In this document: positions 28,991-39,859 of the stretch, piece after piece
How positions within the stretch are numbered: position 1 is the stretch's first letter
How the letters are laid out: every line of letters starts with the position of its first letter
Source of the DNA: Candidatus Saccharimonadales bacterium
GTDB taxonomy: Bacteria; Patescibacteriota; Saccharimonadia; UBA4664; DATIHN01
Reading direction: 5' to 3'
NCBI GenBank assembly: GCA_035480635.1
Contig: DATIHN010000025.1
Location: 12,384-76,383 of the forward strand
Length of the DNA stretch: 64,000 nt
Translations under genes and position numbers: made by a program
Notes under the pieces: generated by a model
Databases searched by the model: none
What the model saw: the letters and a program-made list of their open reading frames with translations, nothing else
Told to the model about the DNA's origin: nothing

Positions 28991-30244
28991 ATGTCAAAGT
29001 ATCACCTAATTGCGATATTTTTAACGCTTTTCGACTTCCTAACATTGTCGGTTGCGTCATTAATTAATCCGACATGTATTGACGAGGAAACCGCGTTCAA
29101 TGATGACTTTACAATTCTGATTCCAATCTTTGGAGACCTCAGGTACTTAAAAAATATAAAATTCCTGCAGAACTATGGCAAAAGAGTACTGCTCTGCTCT
29201 ACAAATCAAGAGTCTAATGAGTTTAATCGTGAAATCAATCAAATTGCGAGGGACTTCGGTTTTAGAATACATCGATCTTCAATCCGTAAAACAAACGGCA
29301 GAGTCAAGCCAAACCCTTGGAAGCTATTTACAAAAACCCTTTCTAACTCCCGCATTACAACTGATGCCAGAGATGAAATAATTGCAAACAGCTTTGTTGT
29401 TGTAAAAACAAAATTTTGTATCTTCCTAGATGGTGACACGGAGTCAAACGATAGTTTGTATCGGCTAGTGGGATTGATGGACGAGAAAAACTACGACATT
29501 GCTTCAGTTCGAGTGCTTGTGGCTAAACCCACTACTCTAACAGAAAAACTTCAAGCTATAGAATATCAATTCGCCATGGACGCTCGTCGCGTATATCCGT
29601 GGCTCACCTCTGGAGCATGTATGGTCGCAAAAACGAAAGTTATCCGCGACATCATGCAACACCATTCACTTTTTTTTAGTGGTGGAGACATAGAAGTAGG
29701 GAAGCTGGCAAAATTATTACATTATAGGGTTGGTCATCTGGCCTTTGAGTTTTTCACTGATGCCCCGTCAACATTTGCTGCTTGGTTTAGACAGAGAATG
29801 GCTTGGGCTGGCGGGGGCTTCAGACACTCGATCATTAATGGATATAAATATACATGGCGCCATCCTTTTTATTTCCTGTACTTTACGGTCGTTGTCTACG
29901 GGTTAGTAGCAATCAGGTGGTATGATGCTATAAGGTTTTATAGGTTAATTCCCGCAGTCATTGTGGTGTATTGGATTTTATTGTTTGCCTTCAGATGGAA
30001 AAACCGATCTTGGTTATTTTTTTTATTTCCTTTCTATGCATTAACCCAAGTAATGCTAATCGTCCCGTTGGGCATTTATAGATACACGGTTATGGCCGTA
30101 CAATCGCGCAATATTGGAATAATCCGGCTGCGCGATAAACCTAGCCGAAAGCGAGCTAGAGTACGAAAGCAGCGTACCGGGATAACTGAGATGCCGAGGG
30201 GTAACCAATTTATACCTCAAAGTAGAGCTACACGTTTGGGTTAA
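28991..30244 (+). CDS. Membrane GT2 glycosyltransferase, processive-type, AT-rich gene
   Basis: FLDGD, TSGAC, GGD, QRMAW (QxxRW-like), C-terminal TM helices. Confidence 0.8.
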   Translation: MSKYHLIAIFLTLFDFLTLSVASLINPTCIDEETAFNDDFTILIPIFGDLRYLKNIKFLQNYGKRVLLCSTNQESNEFNREINQIARDFGFRIHRSSIRKTNGRVKPNPWKLFTKTLSNSRITTDARDEIIANSFVVVKTKFCIFLDGDTESNDSLYRLVGLMDEKNYDIASVRVLVAKPTTLTEKLQAIEYQFAMDARRVYPWLTSGACMVAKTKVIRDIMQHHSLFFSGGDIEVGKLAKLLHYRVGHLAFEFFTDAPSTFAAWFRQRMAWAGGGFRHSIINGYKYTWRHPFYFLYFTVVVYGLVAIRWYDAIRFYRLIPAVIVVYWILLFAFRWKNRSWLFFLFPFYALTQVMLIVPLGIYRYTVMAVQSRNIGIIRLRDKPSRKRARVRKQRTGITEMPRGNQFIPQSRATRLG

Positions 30245-30366
30245 AATAGCTTGCGCTCAATAAACAGGCTGACTATAGCGAAAGTAACTTTTCCACCGCT
30301 TATCAACTGGGCAAAGCTTGGCGGGCAAGGGTATAATAGGAGCTAAGATAAGGGGAGAGGGTAGAC

Positions 30367-31848
30367 TTGTCCGAACTTGCACTCTATCGCAAGTATCGCT
30401 CCACCACTTTCGACGAGGTGGTTGGTCAGCCGCATGTAGTTATGACACTCAAGAGTGCTATTGCTGCTGGGCGGATTAGTCATGCCTATTTACTGACTGG
30501 GCAGCGCGGCGTCGGTAAAACCAGTGTAGCTAGGATCCTGGCCCGCAGCCTGAACTGTTTGAGCGATGGCGAAAAGCCCTGTAACACTTGTAATAACTGT
30601 ACGGCTGCCCTCAATGGTAACCTCGATATTATTGAAATCGATGCCGCCAGCAACCGCGGCATTGATGAAATCCGGGATTTAAAAGAAAAAATCAACCTGG
30701 CGCCGAGCCTAGGCCAATATAAGGTCTACATTATCGATGAGGTCCACATGTTAACCGATGCGGCTTTTAACGCCTTGCTCAAAACCCTGGAGGAGCCACC
30801 GGCCCATGCCGTCTTCATTATGGCCACTACCGAAGCCCATAAATTACCAGCTACGATTATATCCAGAACCCAACGCTTCAATTTGCACCAAATCGAAGTC
30901 GCCGACATCAACGCCCACATCACCATGGTCGCCACCCGCGAACAAATTGGGGTCACGCCAGAGGCTCTAGCCATGATCGCTTCCGCCAGTGGTGGCAGCA
31001 TCCGTGATGCTTTAAGTTTACTGGATCAAGTCTCAGCCCTGGGCGGCGAAGTCACCGCCGACGACGTTCGTCAACTCTTGGGTTGGGGTAACGACGAAGA
31101 AATCACCTGGCTCTACCAAGCCATTATCGATGGCCAAATGGCGGCCGTCTTAGGCCAGATCGATCAACTCTACGATAATGGGGCCCAACCCAGTCAGGTG
31201 ATTAACCAGCTCATTAGTGTGGTGCGGGCCGATCTCAGGCGCAAGCTCTCCGAAGGTCAACCAGCCGGCCAGCTCCTAGCCTTAATGGAAAGCCTGATTG
31301 CTGCCACCAAATCGGCTCTGCCCCAATACGCCTTAGAAACAGCCATTGCCCGCTATTCGCAAACCAGTCCACCCGCCGTCACCGAACCAATAGCTGCTCC
31401 CGCCAAGGCCGCCGCTGAACCTCTAGCTAGCCCCGCCGCTGCCGAACCTAAACCACCCAAGGCCATCGAACCGGAACCTCGGCCGACGCCTGAGGCTGCA
31501 GCACCGACCCCAAGCCCTAACCAAAATGACTTCGACGTGCGCTGGATGAAGGCCTTAGCTGAAGTTAAAGCTCACAATAACTCGCTCTACGCCTTACTGT
31601 GCTCCTGCGATACCAAACAAACCGAAACTGGCATTGAATTAATCTCGCGCTTTAGTTTCCACCGCGACCGCTTAATGGAGCCAAAAAATTTAGCCATTAT
31701 TGAAGCTGGCATCAAGCAGGCCTTTGGGCGCGAAATTCCCTTGGTCGCACACCTAGCTAATCAGGCGCCGCCGGCTAAATCAACTGAGTCTAGCGAGGAG
31801 CTAATTAGTTCGGCCCTGGAAATCTTGGGTGGTGAGGTGGTCGAATGA
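30367..31848 (+). CDS. dnaX: DNA polymerase III subunit gamma/tau
   Basis: LYRKYR, GQRGVGKTS, EIDAASN, IIDEVHML, NALLKTLEEPP. Confidence 0.97.
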   Translation: MSELALYRKYRSTTFDEVVGQPHVVMTLKSAIAAGRISHAYLLTGQRGVGKTSVARILARSLNCLSDGEKPCNTCNNCTAALNGNLDIIEIDAASNRGIDEIRDLKEKINLAPSLGQYKVYIIDEVHMLTDAAFNALLKTLEEPPAHAVFIMATTEAHKLPATIISRTQRFNLHQIEVADINAHITMVATREQIGVTPEALAMIASASGGSIRDALSLLDQVSALGGEVTADDVRQLLGWGNDEEITWLYQAIIDGQMAAVLGQIDQLYDNGAQPSQVINQLISVVRADLRRKLSEGQPAGQLLALMESLIAATKSALPQYALETAIARYSQTSPPAVTEPIAAPAKAAAEPLASPAAAEPKPPKAIEPEPRPTPEAAAPTPSPNQNDFDVRWMKALAEVKAHNNSLYALLCSCDTKQTETGIELISRFSFHRDRLMEPKNLAIIEAGIKQAFGREIPLVAHLANQAPPAKSTESSEELISSALEILGGEVVE

Positions 31849-33248
31849 GTGCAGCTAAAAAAGCGCCGGCCATGGCTTCGATCAGCGAAATTGTGCGAGC
31901 CGAACGCAGCGGCAAAATCCCACCCCACAACATTGAGGCCGAAGCCAGCTTGATTGGTGCCATTTTAATTGATAAAGAAGCCATTATTAAAATTGCCGAC
32001 CTAGTCACCCCCGACGATTTTTATTCTGACAACAACGCTTTGATATTTACGGCCATTATGGATCTCTATGAAGCTCGGCAGCCGCTCGATCTCCTAACGC
32101 TCTCAAATAAGCTCGAAGGAGCCGGGGAGCTAGAGCGCGTTGGCGGCACTAGCTACCTAACTGATCTGATCAACACTGTGCCCTCGGCGGCTCATGTGGC
32201 TAATTACGCGGGCATTGTGGCTCATAAAGCCACGCTCAGGCGTTTGATTTCGGCCGCCAGCGAAATTACCGGCTTCGGCTACAAAGAAGATGAGCCGCTG
32301 GATGCCTTACTGGACCAGGCCGAGCAAAAACTGTTTGAAGTCTCGCAAAAACACTTAAAACAAAACTTCATCGGGATTGGTTCGGTGCTGGCCCAAAGTT
32401 TTGATCGCTTGGATGATTTACACAAAGATAAAAACAAACTGCGCGGTATTCCGACCGGCTTTCGGGCGCTAGACAACGTTTTGGCGGGCTTACAAAAATC
32501 CGATTTGATTGTGCTGGCGGCTCGACCCAGTATGGGCAAAACTTCGCTGGCCCTAAACATGGCTCAGCATGTGGCCGTCAAAGAAGGCGTGCCGGTGGGA
32601 TTGTTTTCGCTAGAGATGAGTAAAGAACAATTAATTGATCGCTTAATTGCCAGTGAATCCGGCATTGACGCCTGGAAGTTGCGGACCGGTAATCTTGAAG
32701 ACAGCGACTTTCCGAAGATCAATCACGCCATGGCAGTGCTCTCGGAGGCCCCAATCTTCATCGATGATTCGGCTATGACCAATGTTATGGAAATGCGCAC
32801 CAAAGCCCGCCGGCTTCAAAGTGAACATGATCTGGGTTTGATCGTAGTCGACTATCTGCAATTAGTCAGTGGGCGCTCTAACGCCTCCGGCGACAACCGT
32901 GTTCAAGAAGTCTCCGAAATCTCGCGCGGGCTCAAGGCTTTGGCTCGCGAACTTAACATTCCGGTTTTGGCTCTGTCGCAGCTTTCGAGAGTAGTTGAAA
33001 CTCGTAACCCCCAAATCCCGCAGCTGTCCGATTTGCGCGACTCCGGTTCAATCGAACAAGACGCCGATGTGGTGCTCTTCATCTACCGCGAGGATTACTA
33101 CAACCGCGATACCGAGCGCCTGGGTCTAGCCGACATCTTGATTCGTAAGCACCGCAATGGGCCGATCGGCCAGTTGGAGCTCTTCTGGCACCCCGAGCAG
33201 CTGGCCTTCCGTAGTCTCGACAAAGCCCGGACTCCGACCCCCAGCTAA
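31845..33248 (+). CDS. dnaB: Replicative DNA helicase
   Basis: PPHNIEAE, AARPSMGKT, VDYLQL, LSDLRDSGSIEQDAD, KHRNGP; no intein. Confidence 0.98.
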   Translation: MSAAKKAPAMASISEIVRAERSGKIPPHNIEAEASLIGAILIDKEAIIKIADLVTPDDFYSDNNALIFTAIMDLYEARQPLDLLTLSNKLEGAGELERVGGTSYLTDLINTVPSAAHVANYAGIVAHKATLRRLISAASEITGFGYKEDEPLDALLDQAEQKLFEVSQKHLKQNFIGIGSVLAQSFDRLDDLHKDKNKLRGIPTGFRALDNVLAGLQKSDLIVLAARPSMGKTSLALNMAQHVAVKEGVPVGLFSLEMSKEQLIDRLIASESGIDAWKLRTGNLEDSDFPKINHAMAVLSEAPIFIDDSAMTNVMEMRTKARRLQSEHDLGLIVVDYLQLVSGRSNASGDNRVQEVSEISRGLKALARELNIPVLALSQLSRVVETRNPQIPQLSDLRDSGSIEQDADVVLFIYREDYYNRDTERLGLADILIRKHRNGPIGQLELFWHPEQLAFRSLDKARTPTPS

Positions 33249-33318
33249 CCAGCGGAGTTTTGGTCGTTACGAGAGACTCTTTACAGCCTCATCCTATTTC
33301 AGTTATGCTTATTGCGTT

Positions 33319-33786
33319 ATGGCGACTGCTACAAGTACTGAGGTGAAGCGCATCGGCAAATTCGGTGCTGTCGGTATTATTAACACAATTATCGACTTTA
33401 CGATTTATAACGTTCTAACCTCTAAAGTCGGGCTGACCTTAATTCAAGCCAACTTTTTCTCGACGACTGTAGCCATGATCTTTAGTTTCTTTGCTAATAA
33501 AACGGTCGTTTTTCAAAGTCGCAAAGGGAACCCCATCCGGCAAGCCGTCATTTTCTTTATTGTGACGGCTTTTGGGCTCTATGTGCTGCAAAACTTAGTC
33601 ATTCACGCGCTGACAGTGACTTGGACCGGGCCAGTCGATTTGGCTACCCACATCGTCCACAGCCTGGGTTTGGGCGGAACCTTTAGTGATGCTTTCGTGA
33701 TAAAAAACAGCGCTAAAATCGCTGCCATCTTGGTTAGTATGATTTGGAACTACCTGGCCTACAAAAAATGGGTCTTTCCTCAGTGA
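33319..33786 (+). CDS. GtrA-family protein
   Basis: KFGAVGIINTIID, SFFANKTVVF, WNYLAYKKWVF. Confidence 0.9.
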   Translation: MATATSTEVKRIGKFGAVGIINTIIDFTIYNVLTSKVGLTLIQANFFSTTVAMIFSFFANKTVVFQSRKGNPIRQAVIFFIVTAFGLYVLQNLVIHALTVTWTGPVDLATHIVHSLGLGGTFSDAFVIKNSAKIAAILVSMIWNYLAYKKWVFPQ

Positions 33787-35339
33787 AAAACGGCCGCCTG
33801 ACCAAATTTATTCAGACCCATCTCTACACCATTTTGCTAGTGGCCATCATTGCATTGGCCGCTTTTTTTCGCTTTTATCAGCTCAACCATCTGCCTCCGG
33901 GCTTACATCCGGACGAAGCCGCTAACGGCTTAGACATTTTTCGGATTCTAGAACACCACGACATCCGGCCGCTCTATAACACTAATGGACCAAGGGAATC
34001 GTTGTTCTTTTTCCTGCAAGCTATCTTTGTGGCCATTTTAGGTAATACCATACTGGCGCTCAGAATTGCCCCGGCTCTAATTGGGGTAGCGGCTGTCTTT
34101 ACGACTTATCTGTGGGCTAAGAGTTGGTTTGGGGCCCGTGTGGGGTTGCTAGCCGCCGTTATTATGGCCGTAAATCCCTGGGCCGTCACCATCACCCGCG
34201 ATGGCTTTAGGGCCTCCATGACGCCCTTATTTGTAAGCCTGGTAGCATATTTATACACCAGAGCCTTCCAGACGAAATCGAAGCGCTGGTTTATTGCGGC
34301 CGGTGCCACCATGGGCCTGGGCATGTATACTTATTTGTCATTTCGACTTTTCCCGGTGGCGCTAGCTGCCATCTGGCTGGCTCTGGAAATTTGGCGCCGC
34401 GACTTTATTAAACCCTTTCGTAAAAGCATCATCGCAAGCCTAATTGCCTTTGCGATATTGATGATTCCTATGGGGCTCTACGGCATCAAGCACCCAGGTG
34501 ATTTGGGCGCCAGAGCCTCTGGTACCAGCTTTTTAAACAAAGATCTAAACGGTGGCCACCCGGTCCAAACTCTAGCTTCCAATATCGCTAAAACCGCCCT
34601 GATGTTTAATGTTCATGGCGATGAAAATTATCGTCAGAACCTGGGCGGACAGCCACTGCTGAACATTTTTGTGGGTGTCATGTTTATTCTTGGCATATTG
34701 ATATGCCTGGTTCACTTCAACCGGCCGCGCTACTATGGATTAATCTTTATTTTTGGCGCTATGCTAGTGCCCGAGGTTCTGACCGCCGAAGGCATCCCAC
34801 ATGCTTTGCGCTCGATTGGGGCCTTGCCAGCCGCGGTGATTTTAGCGGCCTTAGGTATCGAATACATGTTGGAGCGTTGGTATGCCACCTTCCCGATCAA
34901 TGCGGCCGCCAGATATAGTGGGCTAGCCATCATCTTGGTTTTAATCGGCCTAACCATCTACCAAGGCTATACCCAATACTTTGTGGCTTGGGCTAATTCA
35001 CCCCAAACTTATGAGGCTTACAGCGAAGATTCAGTCGCGCTAGCTAAATACATGCTGGCCCATCCTTTTACCGGTGAACGCTACGCCGTGGTCGATGGCT
35101 ATTCCGATAAAACCGTCTATTACCTAACTCATAATCATTTGAGCTATACGCGCATCGATCCCAGCCAGATTGCCGGCTTGCCAGTCGATGGCCAGCCCAA
35201 ACAGTTTGTGATTGTTAGAAGCCAGTATGACGCTGCGATCAAACCTCTACGCGATCATTGGGCCGGCGGTAAGCTCAGCCCCGGGTATTCGACCTTCAAT
35301 GCCAGCGAAATCTACGATGTCTACGAGGTCACCAAATGA
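33783..35339 (+). CDS. GT-C glycosyltransferase (PMT/ArnT-like)
   Basis: RFYQL..PPGLHPDEA first-loop DE motif; many TM helices. Confidence 0.85.
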   Translation: MKNGRLTKFIQTHLYTILLVAIIALAAFFRFYQLNHLPPGLHPDEAANGLDIFRILEHHDIRPLYNTNGPRESLFFFLQAIFVAILGNTILALRIAPALIGVAAVFTTYLWAKSWFGARVGLLAAVIMAVNPWAVTITRDGFRASMTPLFVSLVAYLYTRAFQTKSKRWFIAAGATMGLGMYTYLSFRLFPVALAAIWLALEIWRRDFIKPFRKSIIASLIAFAILMIPMGLYGIKHPGDLGARASGTSFLNKDLNGGHPVQTLASNIAKTALMFNVHGDENYRQNLGGQPLLNIFVGVMFILGILICLVHFNRPRYYGLIFIFGAMLVPEVLTAEGIPHALRSIGALPAAVILAALGIEYMLERWYATFPINAAARYSGLAIILVLIGLTIYQGYTQYFVAWANSPQTYEAYSEDSVALAKYMLAHPFTGERYAVVDGYSDKTVYYLTHNHLSYTRIDPSQIAGLPVDGQPKQFVIVRSQYDAAIKPLRDHWAGGKLSPGYSTFNASEIYDVYEVTK

Positions 35340-37564
35340 GCGAGGTCCCAGACCTCAGCATTGTCATCCCAGCTTATAACGAGGGTGCCCAATTTGATGA
35401 TCGGATGAAGCTTCTAGCCGATTGGTTGCATAAGCACGACTACGGCCAGGTTGAAATTTTGATCATGATGCAAAACGATGACACCTCCGGGGACGTCGAA
35501 GAAGCCCAGGCCTTTACCAAACACCACCCCGGCTTTAGGGTGATAAATCTCGGTCAGCGGGCGGGCAAAGGTGGCGCTGTCAAGGCTGGGATGATGGCCG
35601 CTGGAGGCCGCTACCGTTTGTTTATGGATGCCGATTTAGCAACACCGCTGAAGCATTTGGATGATGTTAAGGCCTTAATGGATCGAGGAGCCAAAGTTGG
35701 TATTGCCATCCGCAATCTAGTTTCCACCCATAAGGGTTTGATGCGAAAACTGATTACAAGATCTGGTAACATCATGGCTCAAATCATTTTGCTACCCGGG
35801 ATTAAAGATACTCAATGCGGCTTTAAGGTTTTTGAAGCAAACGCCGCTGAGCAAATCTTTAGCCGCCAGACCTTGAGTGGCTGGGGCTTTGATTTGGAGA
35901 TTCTAGCCATCGCCAGAATGCTAGGCTATACCATCGAGACTTTCCCAGCCAACGACTGGAAGGACCCCAAGGCGGCCGGGCTGGTCGGCGATTCACCCAT
36001 CAAAGCGGCGATTCAAGTCTTCTTAGACCTTATCAACGTCCGCTGGGGATTGATGACCGGCCGCTACAAGCGACCGCAAACGAGCTTAACACACGCCAGT
36101 GTTCAAGAGCGCCTAGCCGAAACCTACGACCGCTTGGTACTAGCCGGTGCCATTTTGGTTGGGGCGCTATTGCGTTTTATTAACATTTCCAAAGCCAGCA
36201 TTTGGCATGATGAGGGCTATACCATGATGCTAGCACCCCAGTCTCCGGCCCAGATCATCGCGCGGACCGCTCGCGACGTCCACCCGCCCCTGTATTATCT
36301 GAGCTTGCATTATTGGATTAGGATATTTGGCGTAAGCGAACTTGGGGCTAGATCGCTCAGTGCCATCTTAATGCTAGCAGCCATCATAGTCGGCTTTCTA
36401 CTGGCTAGAGAACTCTTTGGTCATCGGGTGGCCCGCCTGAGTGCCGTCTTTTTGGCGCTAGGGCCTTTCTTAATCCGCTACGGTCAAGAGGCCAGGATGT
36501 ACGCCATGGCCGCGTTTCTAGCGGTGCTGGCAACTTATTTGTTAGTTAGAGCTCAAAGGACTAACCGCTGGTGGTTTTGGGCTAGTTATAGTTTGGCGAT
36601 TGCGGCCGGCCTCTACACTCATTATTACTTTATTTTCATTATCATTTTGCACTGGCTCTATATGATAGCCGTCCGGCAGCCCAGATGGGGGATCAAGCGA
36701 GTCGGCTGGTGGCTGGCCAACTGGGGCAGCGCCATGCTCTTTTTACCTTGGCTACCCAAAGCCTACGATCAGTTTAGTCGGGTTCAAGCAGCTTTTTGGA
36801 TTCCTAAAGCTAACTACCTCACGCTGCCCTCGACCATGGCCCAATTTTTAACTTTCACCGATTTGGGCCGAATCGCTGCCATATTGAGATTCTCGGGTTT
36901 TGTCTTGCTGATGGTCGCATCAATTATTTTAGCCCTCAAACGCAAATATTTTCCCAGTGGTGCCTTGATCGCCGGTCTAACTTTCTTGGGGCCACTGGCT
37001 GTCTTGATCGTCTCCCTGGGTAAGCGTCCGATTTACGTCGATCGCTATTTTGTTTTTGCCGCCGTCGGCTTCTACATTCTACTAGCTGCCATCTTGTATC
37101 TAGTGGCGCCCTTTGAACGTAGCCGGATGGCCCGTTGGGCGGCCATATTCGTCTTGCTCGTAACCTTTGGCATCGGCACCCATAACGTCTATGCTCAGGC
37201 CACCCACGCCATGGGGCAGGTCGGTGATTATGTTGACGCCAACTATTCGCCTGGAGATGCAATCGTCTCAGGTGAGCTCTATACCTACTTTGACTTTAGC
37301 TACTACAACCACACCGGATCCACCACCCTGTTGCTAGCACCTGGTGGCGTCACTGGCTACGGCGAGACTAGCTTGCTCTATGATCGGGCCGACAAAATAG
37401 TGGTGGCCAGCTTTAACCAAGTTCATCCGGCTTCAGGCTACGTTTGGGTGGTCGGTAAGCCTGGCCACAACGATGACTTCGCCGTGCCGGCCAGCTGGCG
37501 CTTACTTGATGATTTCCAGGCCGCCGATAGTGAAGTTCGACACTACCACACCAGCGGTTCTTAG
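35336..37564 (+). CDS. Fusion of polyprenyl-phosphate glycosyltransferase (GT2) and GT-C transferase
   Basis: SIVIPAYNE, GKGGAV, FMDADLAT, DTQCGFK, then SIWHDE, DVHPPLYY, QEARMY. Confidence 0.87.
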   Translation: MSEVPDLSIVIPAYNEGAQFDDRMKLLADWLHKHDYGQVEILIMMQNDDTSGDVEEAQAFTKHHPGFRVINLGQRAGKGGAVKAGMMAAGGRYRLFMDADLATPLKHLDDVKALMDRGAKVGIAIRNLVSTHKGLMRKLITRSGNIMAQIILLPGIKDTQCGFKVFEANAAEQIFSRQTLSGWGFDLEILAIARMLGYTIETFPANDWKDPKAAGLVGDSPIKAAIQVFLDLINVRWGLMTGRYKRPQTSLTHASVQERLAETYDRLVLAGAILVGALLRFINISKASIWHDEGYTMMLAPQSPAQIIARTARDVHPPLYYLSLHYWIRIFGVSELGARSLSAILMLAAIIVGFLLARELFGHRVARLSAVFLALGPFLIRYGQEARMYAMAAFLAVLATYLLVRAQRTNRWWFWASYSLAIAAGLYTHYYFIFIIILHWLYMIAVRQPRWGIKRVGWWLANWGSAMLFLPWLPKAYDQFSRVQAAFWIPKANYLTLPSTMAQFLTFTDLGRIAAILRFSGFVLLMVASIILALKRKYFPSGALIAGLTFLGPLAVLIVSLGKRPIYVDRYFVFAAVGFYILLAAILYLVAPFERSRMARWAAIFVLLVTFGIGTHNVYAQATHAMGQVGDYVDANYSPGDAIVSGELYTYFDFSYYNHTGSTTLLLAPGGVTGYGETSLLYDRADKIVVASFNQVHPASGYVWVVGKPGHNDDFAVPASWRLLDDFQAADSEVRHYHTSGS

Positions 37565-37607
37565 CGCCCGGATTATCTAGTACAATAGAGCTAACTAGGA
37601 GGACGCT

Positions 37608-37895
37608 ATGTTTGATCGCGCCAAAGCATTAATTGAGTTAAAAAAGATCCAATCAGCGCTGGCCAAAGAGATGATCGAAGTTGAGGCTGGCGATGGAGCC
37701 GTGATGGTTAAAATTAACGGCGAGCAAAAGATTCAAAAAATCTCTCTTGATCCGGATAAGATCGATTTTGATGACTTGGGCCGGTTAGAGAAATGGATTG
37801 AATCAGCCATTACCCAAGCTATCACCAAAAGCCAACAGGCGGCGGCCGATAAGATGAAGGCGATTTCGGGTGGACTGGGCATCCCCGGGCTCTAA
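37608..37895 (+). CDS. YbaB/EbfC nucleoid-associated protein
   Basis: EVEAGDGAVMVKING; upstream of recR. Confidence 0.9.
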   Translation: MFDRAKALIELKKIQSALAKEMIEVEAGDGAVMVKINGEQKIQKISLDPDKIDFDDLGRLEKWIESAITQAITKSQQAAADKMKAISGGLGIPGL

Positions 37896-38495
37896 ATGCG
37901 CCTGCTCCCCGAACCAGTTGAGAACCTCATCCATGAGCTATCGAAATTGCCGAGCATCGGGCCGCGCACAGCTGAGCGCCTGACCTTTTTCTTGCTCAAA
38001 GCCGATCCGGCTGAGGCCGCCGGTTTGGGCCAGGCTTTATTAGATCTCCATTCTGGGCTAACTCGCTGCGAGGTCTGTCGTAATCTTGCGACCAACCCGC
38101 GTTGTGATATTTGCAGTGATGGGAGCCGCGATCAAAATTTGCTAGCCGTAGTTGAGGAACCGCTGGATGTGGTGGCCCTCGAGCGAACTGGCCACTTCCG
38201 TGGTCTCTACCACGTTTTAGGTGGAGCTATTTCGCCAATCGATGGCATTGGCCCCGAACAATTAGAGGTTAAATCTCTACTCAAACGTTTGGATAGCGGC
38301 AGCATCAAGGAGCTGATTCTAGCTACCAATCCCAGCACCGAAGGTGAAGCCACGGCTTTGTTTATTCGCAGGCAACTAGGGCCGGCCAAAATTAAGGTCA
38401 CCAGGCTGGCTCGCGGGTTACCAATTGGGGGCGATCTGGAATACGCTGATCAGATCACGCTGGGCCGCGCTCTGGAAGGACGGCAGGCTTTTTAA
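37896..38495 (+). CDS. recR: Recombination protein RecR
   Basis: LPSIGPRTAERL, C4 finger, YHVLGGAISPIDGIGP, EGEATA. Confidence 0.98.
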   Translation: MRLLPEPVENLIHELSKLPSIGPRTAERLTFFLLKADPAEAAGLGQALLDLHSGLTRCEVCRNLATNPRCDICSDGSRDQNLLAVVEEPLDVVALERTGHFRGLYHVLGGAISPIDGIGPEQLEVKSLLKRLDSGSIKELILATNPSTEGEATALFIRRQLGPAKIKVTRLARGLPIGGDLEYADQITLGRALEGRQAF

Positions 38496-39859
38496 TGTTA
38501 AAGTTATTTGATACCTACAGCCAAAAGCTGGTCGAAGTTGGCCCCCAGCGCCAAATTAAGCTCTACACCTGCGGACCGACGGTCTACGATTACGCTCACA
38601 TTGGCAACTTGCGCAATTTGATATTCAACGATACCTTGAAACGCACGCTGCTGGCTGAAGGTTATGAGGTAAATCACGTTATGAATATCACCGACGTCGG
38701 TCACTTAACTAGTGACGCCGACGAGGGTGATGATAAGCTCGAGACGAGCGCCAAACGCGAGGGCAAGAGCGTCTGGGCAGTGGCTGATTTTTTTATTCAA
38801 GAATTTCACGCCAATGCCAGCGCCTTGAACATTCTAGCGCCAACCAAGGAGGCTAGAGCCACCGATTACATCGAGCAACAAATCGCCCTCGTCCAAACCC
38901 TAATCGATAAAGATTACGCCTACCAAACCAAGCAAGCCATATATTTTGACGTTACCAAATTTGCGGGTTACGGCAAGCTCAATCGCCAGAGTCTGGACGA
39001 TAAGTTAACGGCCGCCCGCAGTCAGGTTGTGAGCGATAAAGCCAAGCACCACCCTCAAGATTTTGCGCTGTGGTTTTTTACCACTGGCCACTTCGCCGAC
39101 CACACCATGCATTGGCCCAGCCCCTGGGGCGAGGGTTTCCCGGGCTGGCACCTGGAATGCTCGGCTATAATTCAAACCCTACTGGGGAATCCAATTGATA
39201 TTCACACCGGTGGCGTTGATCACATCGGCACCCATCACCCTAACGAAATTGCTCAAACCGAAGCGGCCACTGGCCAGGCTTTGACTAAAATTTGGATGCA
39301 TAATCAATTCCTCCAGGCCGAGGGGCACAAGATGAGCAAATCGGCTGGCAATTTTTATCGCTTGCGCGATTTAGTGGACCGCGGCTATCATCCGCTGGCC
39401 TTTCGTTTGTTAATGTTGCAATCGCACTATCGCAATCAAGTTAACTTCACCTGGGAAGCTCTAGCCGACGCCCAGCACTTTTTGCTCAAGCTCTACAATT
39501 GGGCGGAGCTGGTTTACCAACCATCCTTTGCTCCGCTGGCCGATGAGGTAGTTGGTCAAATTAAATCAGATCTAGTCGACGACCTAGCCACCCCCACGGC
39601 TCTAGCTAAACTAGCTGAACTTAAACACGAGCGACCCAGCCATGGGATGCTAGAAACCCTAGATGAGTTACTGGGTCTGGATCTGGCCAAGCGATCGGAC
39701 ATTTCTGCCCCACAAAAGGCCTTGATAGCCGATCGCGAGACCGCTAGACTAAACAATGACTTTACTAACAGTGATCGCTTGCGGACCGAGCTCCAAAAAG
39801 CTGGCTTGAGCCTCGATGACACTGAATTTGGCCCACGCTGGCGCCGGAGCACAATTTGA
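38495..39859 (+). CDS. cysS: Cysteine--tRNA ligase
   Basis: YTCGPTVY, HIGN, PGWHLECS, KMSKS. Confidence 0.98.
   Translation: MLKLFDTYSQKLVEVGPQRQIKLYTCGPTVYDYAHIGNLRNLIFNDTLKRTLLAEGYEVNHVMNITDVGHLTSDADEGDDKLETSAKREGKSVWAVADFFIQEFHANASALNILAPTKEARATDYIEQQIALVQTLIDKDYAYQTKQAIYFDVTKFAGYGKLNRQSLDDKLTAARSQVVSDKAKHHPQDFALWFFTTGHFADHTMHWPSPWGEGFPGWHLECSAIIQTLLGNPIDIHTGGVDHIGTHHPNEIAQTEAATGQALTKIWMHNQFLQAEGHKMSKSAGNFYRLRDLVDRGYHPLAFRLLMLQSHYRNQVNFTWEALADAQHFLLKLYNWAELVYQPSFAPLADEVVGQIKSDLVDDLATPTALAKLAELKHERPSHGMLETLDELLGLDLAKRSDISAPQKALIADRETARLNNDFTNSDRLRTELQKAGLSLDDTEFGPRWRRSTI

Noticed and set aside
30367-31848. Programmed frameshift in dnaX
   Set aside because: No A-AAA-AAG or long A-run with a downstream hairpin at the expected position
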